Positions 37,889 to 49,596 of a stretch of DNA of 64,000 nt are shown here, piece by piece; position 1 is the stretch's first letter, and each line of letters begins with the position of its first letter. The DNA is from Octopus sinensis. Taxonomy: Eukaryota. Both the position numbers and the translations under genes were made by a program. Where the stretch lies: contig NC_043017.1 in NCBI RefSeq assembly GCF_006345805.1, positions 8,618,001-8,682,000 of the forward strand, written 5' to 3'. Below the pieces are notes generated by a model. The model was not told the origin of the DNA. It worked only from the letters and a program-made list of their open reading frames with translations, and ran no database searches.

Positions 37889-37926
<38 letters not shown>

Positions 37927-37999
37927 CATATGTATGTATGTGTATCTATGTGTGCATGTATTCAGATAGATAAATAGATAAATAAATAGATAGATAGAA

Positions 38000-38128
<129 letters not shown>

Positions 38129-38456
38129 TAGATAGACAATTCACAATGTAGTTCATCTTGTCTCGACTAACCCATTGGCCTGAAACTAGTTGAAGAGTTC
38201 AATCTATGATTTCATTTTCCACCGCTGTGTGGTGATAGCAGCCGAGGTGGCGCTAGTGTCGTTGTCGGTCTTGGCGCTGCTGGGAAAACGTCGTTGGTAA
38301 AGATAAAAGGCAATCATTTTAATTTAATTTGATGCAATTTAATTAATATTTCTTTTAAATCTAATTTCATTTAAAAAGTTTGTTTTGGAAAATTCGTGAA
38401 AGAATCCGTTACTTCCCTCCAACTTTCTCTCTCTCTCTTTCTTCCTTTCTCTTTTC

Positions 38457-38493
<37 letters not shown>

Positions 38494-39145
38494 GCCTCTC
38501 TCAGTCTTCCTATCTGTTTCTCTGTCTCTCTCTTTCTCATTCGCTATCTCTCATCCTCTATCCCTCTCGCTTTTGTCATTAAGCTTTGTACAGATGTATG
38601 CCTGTATGTACGTGCGTGTGTGTATGTGTGTGTGAGACAGTGTGAGAGAGAATACGTGTATGTGTGTGCGTGTGTGTGTGAGAAAGAGAGTGTATATGTG
38701 TGTGTGTGTCTGTGTGTGTGTACGCGCGCGCACACTGAGGAATCAAGAGACCAATATTCCTGTTATTTTATGCTGTCACACGCTGTGCTAAATTTTATAC
38801 AATCAAATATTGTTGTTGTTGTTATTGTTGGTTTTGTTGGTTGTCGTCACTTAGTACCAGAGATCAGCTCTGATCTGGCAGACCTACATACACATACACA
38901 CACACGCGCACACAGGGTTTTTTATTATTAATGATTAGTAGAAATCACAAAGTGACTCAAAAGCCGAGAGGTTTCATGCGTTGACATTTATCAAACACGA
39001 AACTCTGGGCCCTTAAGTAACTCTCAAACTTCTGCCGATTATTAATAGAAGGCATACATACGCTCATGTTTTGAGATCTATTTTCCTTTTTGCATCACCA
39101 AAACCAGACATAAAAAATTGCTGCCCTTGCGCCAAAATTTCAAAC

Positions 39146-39190
<45 letters not shown>

Positions 39191-39217
39191 CATCATCATC
39201 ATCATCATCATCATCAT

Positions 39218-39272
<55 letters not shown>

Positions 39273-39289
39273 TCATTATTATTATCATC

Positions 39290-39690
39290 ATTGTATTAAA
39301 ACTCACAGCTTATTTTGCTGGGTATGATGGAAAGTGTCAGCTGTCCACAGCCAACAGACAAAGGTGACACTTATTTACTTGTCATGCTTCAAGAATTCCT
39401 GCAAAAAATTCTTGCAGTTCCAAGCAATGCTGACTTTTGTAGGTGTTCTGCCTTCACACTTGCACCAGTCTCTTTCAGCCATGCTAGTAGTTGAGTGTTG
39501 ACACTTCCAAGTGCGCCAATTACTATTGGTATTACGTCCACTCTCTTCATTAACCACAACCTTCGTATTTCCCACTTCAAATCATCGTAGTTGTTTATTT
39601 TTTCTTCTTTTCTCACATTCATCCTGCTGTCACTGGGGCATGCTTTCTCGATTATCATACATGTTCTTTCGTTTTCATTCACAACAATTA
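39290..39690 (-). mobile_element. R4/Dong-like non-LTR retrotransposon 3' fragment (restriction-like endonuclease domain)
   Basis: IIVVNENERTCMIIEKACPSD.....KEEKINNYDDLKWEIRRLW.MKRVDVIPIVIGALG......LQKSALLGTARI, then a short 3' UTR and TAA-type repeats. Confidence 0.8.
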
Positions 39691-39747
39691 TTATTATTAT
39701 TATTATTTTATTCACAACAATTATCATCATCATCATCATCCATATTA

Positions 39748-40130
39748 AGGCAATGAGCTAGCAGATTCGTTAGCACACCGGGCAAAATGCTTAGCGATAT
39801 TTCGTCTGCCGCTACGTTCTGAGTTCAAATTCCGCCGAGGTCGACTCTGCCTTTCATCCTTTTGGGTCGATTAAATAAGTACCAGTTACGCATATAATCA
39901 ACTTAATCCGTTTGTCTGTCCTTGTTTGTCCTCTCTGTGTTTAACCCCTTGTGGGTTGTAAAGATACAGGTATTTCGTCCGTCTTTACGTTCAGAAGCTC
40001 AAATTCTGCCGGGATCGATAAAATAAGTACCAGTTGATTACTGGGGTCGGTGCAATCGACTTATTCCCCCCCACCACCACCACCACCACCAAAGCAAATA
40101 TCAGGCCTTGTGCCTATTCTAGAAAGAATT
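39748..40130 (+). mobile_element. Nested B-family SINEs (B2 body inside B1)
   Basis: B1-type head, B2 body and tail, then gtatttcgtc (39970) resumes the B1 body; duplicated (a/g)tatttcgtc at 39797 and 39970. Confidence 0.7.
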
Positions 40131-40263
40131 ACTTCGATTATTATCATTGTTGACGTTGTTCTTGTCCTTCACATGTCTGTTTTTTTTTCTCATCAAAAGA
40201 CGATTAAGAAGGGGCACCTTGGAAAGCAAGCACAGACATAATATATATATATATATATCTATA

Positions 40264-40294
<31 letters not shown>

Positions 40295-40499
40295 ATATTC
40301 AAGGTTAATCAGCCTTGCTGTGCGAAGAATGTCCTATATTCACTGAATTCTCTAGGACTTGTCTATATCTGTTTTCACAACTCACTCTGTCGTTGTCTTT
40401 GCACACGTGATTATTGTGCTACCATTCCAGTTACACTACTTACAAATGGTATGATGGACGCATTCCTTAACTACTACCATGTGGCTTTCGATGTTTTTA

Positions 40500-40507
40500 T
40501 TATCTAT

Positions 40508-40548
<41 letters not shown>

Positions 40549-40552
40549 TCTC

Positions 40553-40587
<35 letters not shown>

Positions 40588-40592
40588 TCTAT

Positions 40593-40635
<43 letters not shown>

Positions 40636-40784
40636 TATATTTATTATTTATTTATTTATTTATTTATTATTTATCTATTTATTTATTTATTTATTATTTT
40701 TTATTTATTTATTTATCTATCTATTTATTTATTTATTTATTTATTTATCTATTTATTTATTTATTTATTTATTTATTTATCTAT

Positions 40785-40819
<35 letters not shown>

Positions 40820-40822
40820 TTT
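40500..40822. repeat. (TTTA)n microsatellite
   Basis: Directly visible. Confidence 0.95.
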
Positions 40823-41226
40823 TTCTTTTTTAAATTCATCAGCCAAGTCGCTGTAATTCGTTGCTTTCTCAGCCTCCCTCTACACCTGCGCCATCTCCCC
40901 TTCACAGACGTTTGGTACCGTTCTGTCTATTATTAGTTAGGTTATTGTTAATTGTCATGGAAGATGACGTCAGGTAACTTCGTGTTCTTTGACGACTTTT
41001 GCATTTTCTACGTTGTCGACACTTAAGTTCTTCGCGTTGTCATGTATTTCCGTGCAAATGGCACACAGTTTCCGTTTATCAAGTTTCATTCATAAGGTTA
41101 TACAAGAAGTCATCTGCCCAAGGTGCCGCGCAGTGGGACTGAACCCAGATACATAGATAGACAGATAGACAGACAGGCAGACAGACAGACAGACAGACAG
41201 ATAGATAGATAGATAGATAGATAGAT

Positions 41227-41326
41227 NNNNNNNNNNNNNNNNNNNNNNNNNNNNNNNNNNNNNNNNNNNNNNNNNNNNNNNNNNNNNNNNNNNNNNNNNN
41301 NNNNNNNNNNNNNNNNNNNNNNNNNN
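41227..41326. other. Assembly gap (100 N)
   Basis: Run of exactly 100 N next to a (GATA)n tract; true size unknown. Confidence 1.
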
Positions 41327-41581
41327 TCTTTTTCGTTTTTCTCTTTTCTTTCTTCCTCCTTTCTAGTTCTCTCTCTCTCTCTGTACTTTCCTGCATTCTT
41401 TTCTTTTTTCTTCCTGTCTTTCACATTTTTTGTTATTCTTACTTCCCTTCTTTCTTTCTTTTCCTTTCTTTCTTTCTTTCTTTCTTTCTTACTGTCTTTC
41501 TTCTCCTTTTGTCTCTTCTCCTCCCCCGCCTCTTACACCTCCTTTATCATCAGCAGCAGCAGCAACAGCAGCACCTCAATA

Positions 41582-41614
<33 letters not shown>

Positions 41615-41953
41615 TTCTTCTTTTTCTTCTTCCTCTTCTTCTTCTTCTTCCTCTTCTTCGTCTTCCTCTTCTTCTTCTTCCTCTTCTTCTTCTTCTTCTT
41701 CCTCCTCCTCCTCCTCCTCTAACTCCACCTCTGCCTCTGATGAAACAGAAGAAGGCGACAGTGAATACCCACAGGCAACAGAACACCGTATCCAATATAC
41801 AATAAATGCCTTGTAGTATTTGATTACAGACCTTTCTTGGCGTTTCAAAGATCAAATCCCGCTGACGTTGATTTTGACTTCTGTCTCTCCAGAATCGATA
41901 CAACGTGCACATCATGTGTGTATGTATGTGTGTATGTAAGTATATATATGTGT

Positions 41954-41992
<39 letters not shown>

Positions 41993-42419
41993 ACGCGCGT
42001 ATGTGTGATAGTATGTATTTAAGTGTATATGTATGTGTGTATGTATGTATGTATGTATGTATGTACGTATGTATGTATGTATGTATGTATGTATGTATGT
42101 ATGTATGTATGTGAAGGCACATGGCTCAGTGGTTAGAGTGTCATGGGGTATTGAGTTTGATTCCCGGACCGGGCTGTTTGTTGTGTTCTTGAGCAAGACA
42201 CTTTATTTCATGTTGCTCCAGGTCATTTGCGATGTCACTGGTACCAATCTGTATCGGCCCTTTTACGTTTCCCTTGGACAACGTCAGTGGCATGGAAAGG
42301 GGAGGCTGGTATGCATGGGTGGGTGGATGGGTAGATGGATGGATATGTGTGCATGTATACACGTGCTTATGCAATATGTATGTATGTATATATAATATAT
42401 ATATCATCATCATCATCAT

Positions 42420-42637
42420 CATAGTTTAACGTCCGCTTTCCATGCTAGCATGGGTTGGACGGTTCAACTGGGGTCTGGGAAGCCCGAAGGCTGCACCAGG
42501 CCAGTCAGATCTGGCGGTGTTTCTACAGCTGGATGCCCTTCCTAACGCCAACCACTCCGTGAGTGTAGTGGGTGCTTTTTATGTGCTACCGACACAGGTG
42601 CCAGATGAGGCTGGCGAACGGCCACGCTCGGATGGTG

Positions 42638-42640
<3 letters not shown>
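42420..42640 (+). mobile_element. Interspersed repeat family D
   Basis: Matches 1790-1995; preceded by (CAT)n. Confidence 0.75.
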
Positions 42641-42712
<72 letters not shown>

Positions 42713-42958
42713 GCGTAGGGGTGGCTGTGTGGTAAGTAGCTCGCTTACGAACTACATGGTTTCAGGTTCAGTCCCACTGCGTGGCACCTTGTGAGTGGAT
42801 TTAGTTGACGGAAACTGAAAAAAGCTCGTGTAGATGATCTTTCCGGCATTCTCAGTCTCACAGATTTTGCTAATGCTCCATATTTCCCCCCTTTTCTAAT
42901 TGTTAATAAAAATGTTGTAATGTGTATCCATTTCGTTATCCGTTTACTTTGGCCTGCA

Positions 42959-43468
42959 TCTATAATAATAAACGCAAAATTCTGTCTGTCCGGAACCCCC
43001 TGTTTCTCTGTCTACATTCGTTCTACACAGCCATATTATAACTTTCTGGAATCAAGATGATCCCGAGATTAAAAATCTGCCCTTCATTTGGTTCTTGAAC
43101 ATCCACCATTGGGATCTGATTTAAAAACATTGAGGTTGCTATTTCCAGCAGGTAAAAGCTTGGTTAATTCACTCCATCTTGGTTAACGTTTGTCACATGA
43201 CGTCAGAGATCAAGGGGGAGTTAAATGTTATTCGCTTCGTTAATTTTACGTCGAGATAAGAACTTTGGGACATATTGGCCAACAGCTGGAATTCGGCTTG
43301 GGACTGGAACAATAGAATGAATGCATTGCAGAATTAATTATCGTCCGTCCTTAACCTCTGATCAAGCACCACCGGAGCATATAATCATTATAGATGTATT
43401 ATAGTCATGCCATTTAGATCTCTTTAGCTTTGGGTCGCGGGCCCCAATTGGCCCTCCGCAAGAGCTAG
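42959..43468 (+). mobile_element. Candidate non-autonomous Helitron
   Basis: Starts A|TCTATAATAATAAACGCAAAATTCTGTCTGTC (typical Helitron 5' end); ends in an imperfect GC hairpin (gcgggcc...ggccctccgc) and CTAG at 43465-43468, though the next base is C rather than T. Confidence 0.5.
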
Positions 43469-43721
43469 CTTAAAAGTTCGCATGGAGTGCGACTTCTAAG
43501 CTGGTAATTTTTAAGGATTTTTCTCGGAATAATCGTCCCAGTCCGGGCCATTTGAACCATTTAATTTCTGATGGGTGTCGTATTCGTTTACATGTATGTA
43601 TGTATGTATGTATGTATGTATGTATGTATGTATGTATGTGTGTATGTATGTATGTATGTATGTATGTATGTATGTATGTATGGGGGGGGGGTGCGTGTGT
43701 GTGTGTGTACGTATGAACGCA

Positions 43722-44137
43722 TCTTTTATCTTTTACTTGTTTCAGTCATTAGACTGAGGCCATGCTGGGGCACCGCCTTCAAGTGTTTTAGTCGAAAGAA
43801 CTGACCCTAGAACTTGTTTTCGTAAAGTCTGGTACTTATTCTATTGGTCTCCTTTGGCGAACCGCTACATAACGGAGACGTAGACACACCTACACTGGTT
43901 ATCAAGCGGTGGCTGGGGACAAACACGGACACAAAGACACGCATGCACACACACACACATACATACACACACATATCAATACACGCACAAACATATATAT
44001 ACACACACACACAACAGGCTTCTTTCAGTTTTCGCCCACCAACCCCGCTCACAAGGCTTCGGCTCGAAGCTATACAAGAAGGCACTTGCCAAGGCGCCAC
44101 GCAGTGGGACTGAACCTAGAACCATATGGTTGAGAAA
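43722..44137 (-). mobile_element. tRNA-derived SINE, family A
   Basis: Reverse complement of the family A head, internal microsatellite and tail. Confidence 0.85.
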
Positions 44138-44262
44138 AAATTTCTTACGACTATATATTTCTGTGACTATATATGTACACACATGTATGTATATATGCAT
44201 ATATATATATATATATATATTATATATAGATATATATATATATATAATATATATGATATATA

Positions 44263-44303
<41 letters not shown>

Positions 44304-45388
44304 AGGTATATCTATATTTATATATAATTCATGTACGTATCTATGTACCTGCGAATGTATGTAGGTACGTTATATTTGCTTATATGCTATAATAGTTAGT
44401 GTGTGTTGTCGTGTGTATGTGTACCTTATTTAAGCCACAGAAAATTCAACAAAACCTGTTCCTCTGAGTATTTTCCTTTCGTTCATCGTACCAGTTTTTT
44501 GGCTATATGTATATAATAGTATGTGTGTGTGCGCGGGCGTGTGTGTGTGTGTTTGTGTTGGTGTAGCCAAAATGCAGAAGTATTTTATTGCATGTATGTA
44601 TGCATATTGTGTTGTAATGCATGTATGTATGTTATGCATGTATGTATGTATGTATGTATGTATTGTATGTATGTATGTGCATGTTTGTATGTATGTATGT
44701 ATGTATGTATGTATGATATGCATGTTTGTAATGTATATGCATTTTGTATGTATGTATGTATGTATGTAATGTATGTATGTTGTATGCATGTATGTATGTA
44801 TGTCATTATGTATGTATGCATGTTTGTATGTATGTCTGTATGTTTGTATGTAATGTCATGTATGTATGTATGCATGTTTGTATGTATGTATGTTGTATGT
44901 ATGTGTGGTTGTATGTATGTATGTATGTTATGTGTAGGGGGGGTATGTATGTATGGGTATGTAGTATGTACGTATATAAGTACGTATTACCCGTAAACCT
45001 CATCCAGATGGAACAAAAGAACATTATCTATCTATCGACCGGAAAAGCAGGAAGAACACGCTTCGACGAGGATTCCAAAGAGTCAACATGGCAACATTTC
45101 CAAAACGGAAAAAAAAATAATGACAGACGCAGCGTCGCCATCTTGCGGAAGTCGTCATTTCAAGTGCAACAATGCATCACCAATTTCAACTGGTTTCTTC
45201 ATTAGTCTTTTCGATGTCGATATATGTATGAGTGCCCAGGTTTCTAGATATATATATATGCATTGGTCTGTGTGTATGTGTGTGTGTGTGTATGTGTGTG
45301 TAATGTATTTACATATGTATATATACGTGTGTGTACATATGCATATGTCTGTGTGTAGATATAATATATACATACACACACACATATA

Positions 45389-45442
<54 letters not shown>

Positions 45443-45583
45443 ATATATATGTATGTATACATATGCATGCATATATATGGATATGTGCGAATGTAAGTGT
45501 GCATGTATGTATGCATCTACCTATTTGTCTGTCTAGCTTTTAATCTATCTATCTATACACACACACACACGCACACACACACA

Positions 45584-45619
<36 letters not shown>

Positions 45620-45642
45620 TTGTATATGTGTATATATACCTC

Positions 45643-45673
<31 letters not shown>

Positions 45674-45707
45674 CTATCTACCTATCTCTCTCTCTCTCTC
45701 TCTCTCT

Positions 45708-45763
<56 letters not shown>

Positions 45764-45814
45764 TATAGGTATAGGTATGGGTACATACACACATCTACAT
45801 ATATGCATACATAC

Positions 45815-45893
<79 letters not shown>

Positions 45894-46232
45894 TATTATA
45901 TACACATACACACGTACATACGCACAGAGGCATCATACACACATACTTACATACACTCACACACACACAGAACTTGATCAAAATAGATATGCTCAGTGAA
46001 CTCCCCCACCCTCCACCGCCATCTCCACCCCTACTCCACCCCCGGACTTTTCCACGTAGTTTCTGGCTGCTGGGCACAGTTTGAGAAGGAATTGACGTTG
46101 GCGAACGGAAGCAAAAATCACGATAATTTTACATTCGCCAGCTGATAATGGGAATGTGCCTGCAGTGTTAAGGTGGATGTAGACAAACTGCAAGAAATAA
46201 ACTTTCTCTGTGTGCTCGTGTGTGTGCGTGCT

Positions 46233-46272
<40 letters not shown>

Positions 46273-47311
46273 TGTGTGTGTGCGTGTGTGTGTGCGTGTG
46301 TGTTTGTGTGTGTGTGTGTGCGTGTGTGTGTGTGTGAGAGTTTGTGTGTGAGTTTGTGTATTGTCTGTGTGTGTGTATGTGTGTAAGTGCACGTATGTCT
46401 GTGTGTGTGTTTGTGTGCATGTTTGTATATGTTTGGATGTGTAGCTATGTGTGTGTCTTTGTGTGTGAAAGAGAGAGAGTGTGTGTGTGAGAGAGAGAGA
46501 GTGTGTGTGTGTGAGAGAGAGAGTGTGTGTGTGAGAGAGAGAGTGTGTGTGTGTGTTTTTGCGTGTGTTTGTGTGTGGTTGAATGTGTGTGGCTGTGTGT
46601 GTGTGTGTGTGTGTGTAAGTGTGCTTGTGTGTTTTTGCGTGTGTTTGTGTGTGTGTGGCTGTGTGTACAGGTGTATGTGAGTGTGTGTACGCGTGCGTGT
46701 AGTTTTCATAGCTATTAAAAGAACACAAGAGAAATAGGAAAAGCGATATTGGTACTTAATGAGATATATGTACCTGTATGTGAAGGTATGTGGCCCTGTG
46801 TTTAGGATGTTGCTCTAACGATCGCTAGATTGTGCGTTCGATTCCCGGACCGAGCGGTGCATGGAGCTCCTTAGCAAAACGCTTTATTTCAAGTTGTTCC
46901 AGTCCACCAGCGATGTATGACATCCAATTGTTGAAATTTATAGAAAAACAAAAGACGAAGACAGGTGTATGAACAACAAGCAAGCAAGTGTATTATTTTG
47001 ATGCTTGGGAAAAATGAAGAAGTCTTTTACGTTTCGAGCCTACGCTCTTCAGTAGAAAAGAATAAGAGAAAATAAACAGAGTTCAGCGGTCCAACATGGC
47101 GACTAATAACCTGGTCGATACCATGATACCGTCTTGTATGTATATATGCATATATACATATATACAAATTTGCATGTATATGTATACATACATACATATA
47201 TCTATTTATCTATCTACACCGATATATATGTGTGTATGTGTGTGAGTATATATATATTATATATATAGTTGAATAATGATTAGAGATCTATACAAATCAA
47301 ATTTTCATATG

Positions 47312-47700
47312 TAAAAAGTGGGGGTGGAAATAGCACAGAAGTAAATCTAAGACATTTCAATTTAAGAGGGAATTTGATAAAAATGATTTAAAAGATTATA
47401 TGAAGAAAATATTACCGATTTCGATGAAACTCATCTTATCAAATATCAGTAAATATTTATAAAAATTTCAAGTAAAAACAGTTTATCTTCTGTCTGAGGT
47501 TCAAGAACATGTCTGATCCCTAGACAGAAAATAAACTGTTTTTACTTCAAATTTTTATAAATTTTTATTGATATTTGATAAGATGGGCTTAATCGAAACC
47601 GTTAATGTTTTCTTAACATTTTAAAAATCATTTTGATTTAATTCCCTCTTAAATTGAAATGTCTTACATTTACTTCTGTGCTATTTCCACCTCCATCTTA
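47312..47700. mobile_element. AT-rich foldback element (~180-bp arms, ~26-nt loop)
   Basis: ggtggaaatagcacagaagtaaat...tttatcttctgtct mirrored by agacagaaaataaac...atttacttctgtgctatttccacc; arms carry scattered mismatches. Confidence 0.85.
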
Positions 47701-47954
47701 TATATATATACATACATATATATGTGTGTGTATACATATATATTCATACATATAAATACACACACACACACATACACATATATATATATATTAAAGTACA
47801 AGTGAGGACATATAATTCTCAGGGGGATAGAAATATCCAAGATTAGATTGGTTGAATGCCTTATGATATAGGCGCACACACATATATATTATTATAAAAA
47901 CCGAGAGAAAAGGTAGAGATAAGATTAATAAAAATTTATTACTACATTGACAAG

Positions 47955-48052
47955 ACCTACAATTGTTTCAATTCGTCGCTTATAGTATAAGATTAATCAA
48001 ATTTAATTTAATTAAATCAATTTCATTAATAAGCTAGATATTCATCAGGGAA
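47955..48052 (-). ncRNA. Hammerhead-ribozyme-like motif with long AU-rich stem II
   Basis: Minus strand CC-CUGAUGA-(~70 nt with GCUUAU/AUAAGC pairing)-GAAA-CAAUUG-U-A-GG: intact core, self-complementary ACAAUUGU stem III, GUA triplet; stem I only 2 bp. Confidence 0.4.
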
Positions 48053-48883
48053 GAACTTACAAAGAAATTTATATATATCATATTGGAAACATAATGAAAA
48101 CATCAAATAATCAAACAGGAAAAATACAGTAACTGAAACTAATGAAGGTTAAAAGATAAACGGAATTCAGAACTAAAGTACACCGAATTGAACTATAGAG
48201 AACTTTAACCGTAATATGCTCCAACCGTGAATAAGCTCGCTTGGGTCGCCACGAACTTACCTACTTTACAACTCCGCGATACGCTAAGCAAAGAGGCGCT
48301 ACGACCCTTGCCAAGCTGAAGCTATTAACTTGCTTATAATGATAACACATCTGTCATTGACGTATAGCAAACAATCTAAGTTAAACTGAGATGTCTGCGG
48401 TAAGGCAAACTCAAACATTTCTTGTAGCTAACCTGTTTCTTACTGTTTATCTAAGGTTTCCAAATACTGTATAATGTTACGCGGTATCGTCTGCTTGGGA
48501 GCATTTCCCGCTTAGACATTGAAACCGCTTGAATTAACTCCACCTCATTGGATCTGCATTTAGTGGTGAATATTAGCATATATATATAGGTGAAGACACA
48601 CACACACATGCATACACACAAACACACACACCACAAAGAGTCGTACACATGCATACAGACAGACACACACACAGAGTCGTACACCTGCACACAATACACA
48701 TATACCCACACATACGTACACATACATATAACAGACACTCACACATTCACACACATAATCACACACTCATGCATACACACACAGTGGCGTACATTTGTAT
48801 ATATATATCCCACGGACAATACACACACGCACACATATCGCTCGCACATACACAAATGCACGTAACTTAATCAAACATGTATA

Positions 48884-49073
48884 GGCGTAGGAGTGGCTGT
48901 GTGGTAAATAGCTTGCTTACAAACCACATGGTTCCGAGTTCAGTCCCACTGCATGGCATCTTGAGCAAGTGTCTTCTACTATAGCCTCGGGCCTTACCAA
49001 AGCCTTGTGAGTGGATTTGGTAGACGGAAACTGAAAGAAGCCCATCGTGTATATGTATATTATATATATATAT

Positions 49074-49134
<61 letters not shown>

Positions 49135-49272
49135 TTGTGTCTGTGTTTGTCCCCTCAACATCACTTGATAACCCACGTTACGTCCCCGTAACCTAGCGGT
49201 TCGGCAAAAGAGACCGATAGACTAAGTACTAGGCTTATAGTCAAATGACTGAAACAAGTAAAAGAGTAAAAG
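48884..49272 (+). mobile_element. tRNA-derived SINE, family A, full length
   Basis: ggcgtaggagtggctgtgtggt (A-box-like)...gagttcagtccc (B-box-like)...gactgaaacaagtaaaagagtaaaaga. Confidence 0.92.
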
Positions 49273-49361
49273 AATACGAGCACCAAAACATTCACACACA
49301 CACTAAACCGCCACCCCTACTAAGACATAAATACACGAGCGCAGGCGCTCAAACACACATA

Positions 49362-49596
49362 CGGTAATCCCTCGACTATCGCGGGTGTTACGTTCCAGCC
49401 CCTCCCCCGCGATAGGAGAAAATCCGCGAAGTAGAAACAGTACTGTATATTTTTTTTGTTATTTTTATAATTTATATATATATCTATTTCATTATAAATG
49501 CAAAGGAACATCACGGAGGAATCGACGTAAGCTTAAATAATAAACCGCGATAGGTGAGCCGCGATAGGTGAACCGCGATATGGCGAGGGATTACTG
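49362..49596. mobile_element. Tigger/pogo-type MITE
   Basis: TIRs cggtaatccctcgactatcgcgg / ccgcgatatggcgagggattactg; TA on the left; repeated ccgcgatagg subterminal motif. Confidence 0.8.

Noticed and set aside
41430-41848. Poly-S / poly-E / poly-R ORFs
   Set aside because: (TCT/TCC)n microsatellite beside an assembly gap; no supported splice structure.
41820-41905. Minus-strand ETEVKINVSG / LIFETPRKV resembling the start of a Kv-channel T1 domain
   Set aside because: Needs a frameshift between the two halves and the downstream sequence does not continue the T1 pattern; probably chance. A TBLASTN hit would reopen it.
48884-48960. tRNA-like A/B boxes as tRNA genes
   Set aside because: They are SINE heads followed by family body and tail; no complete cloverleaf is evident.
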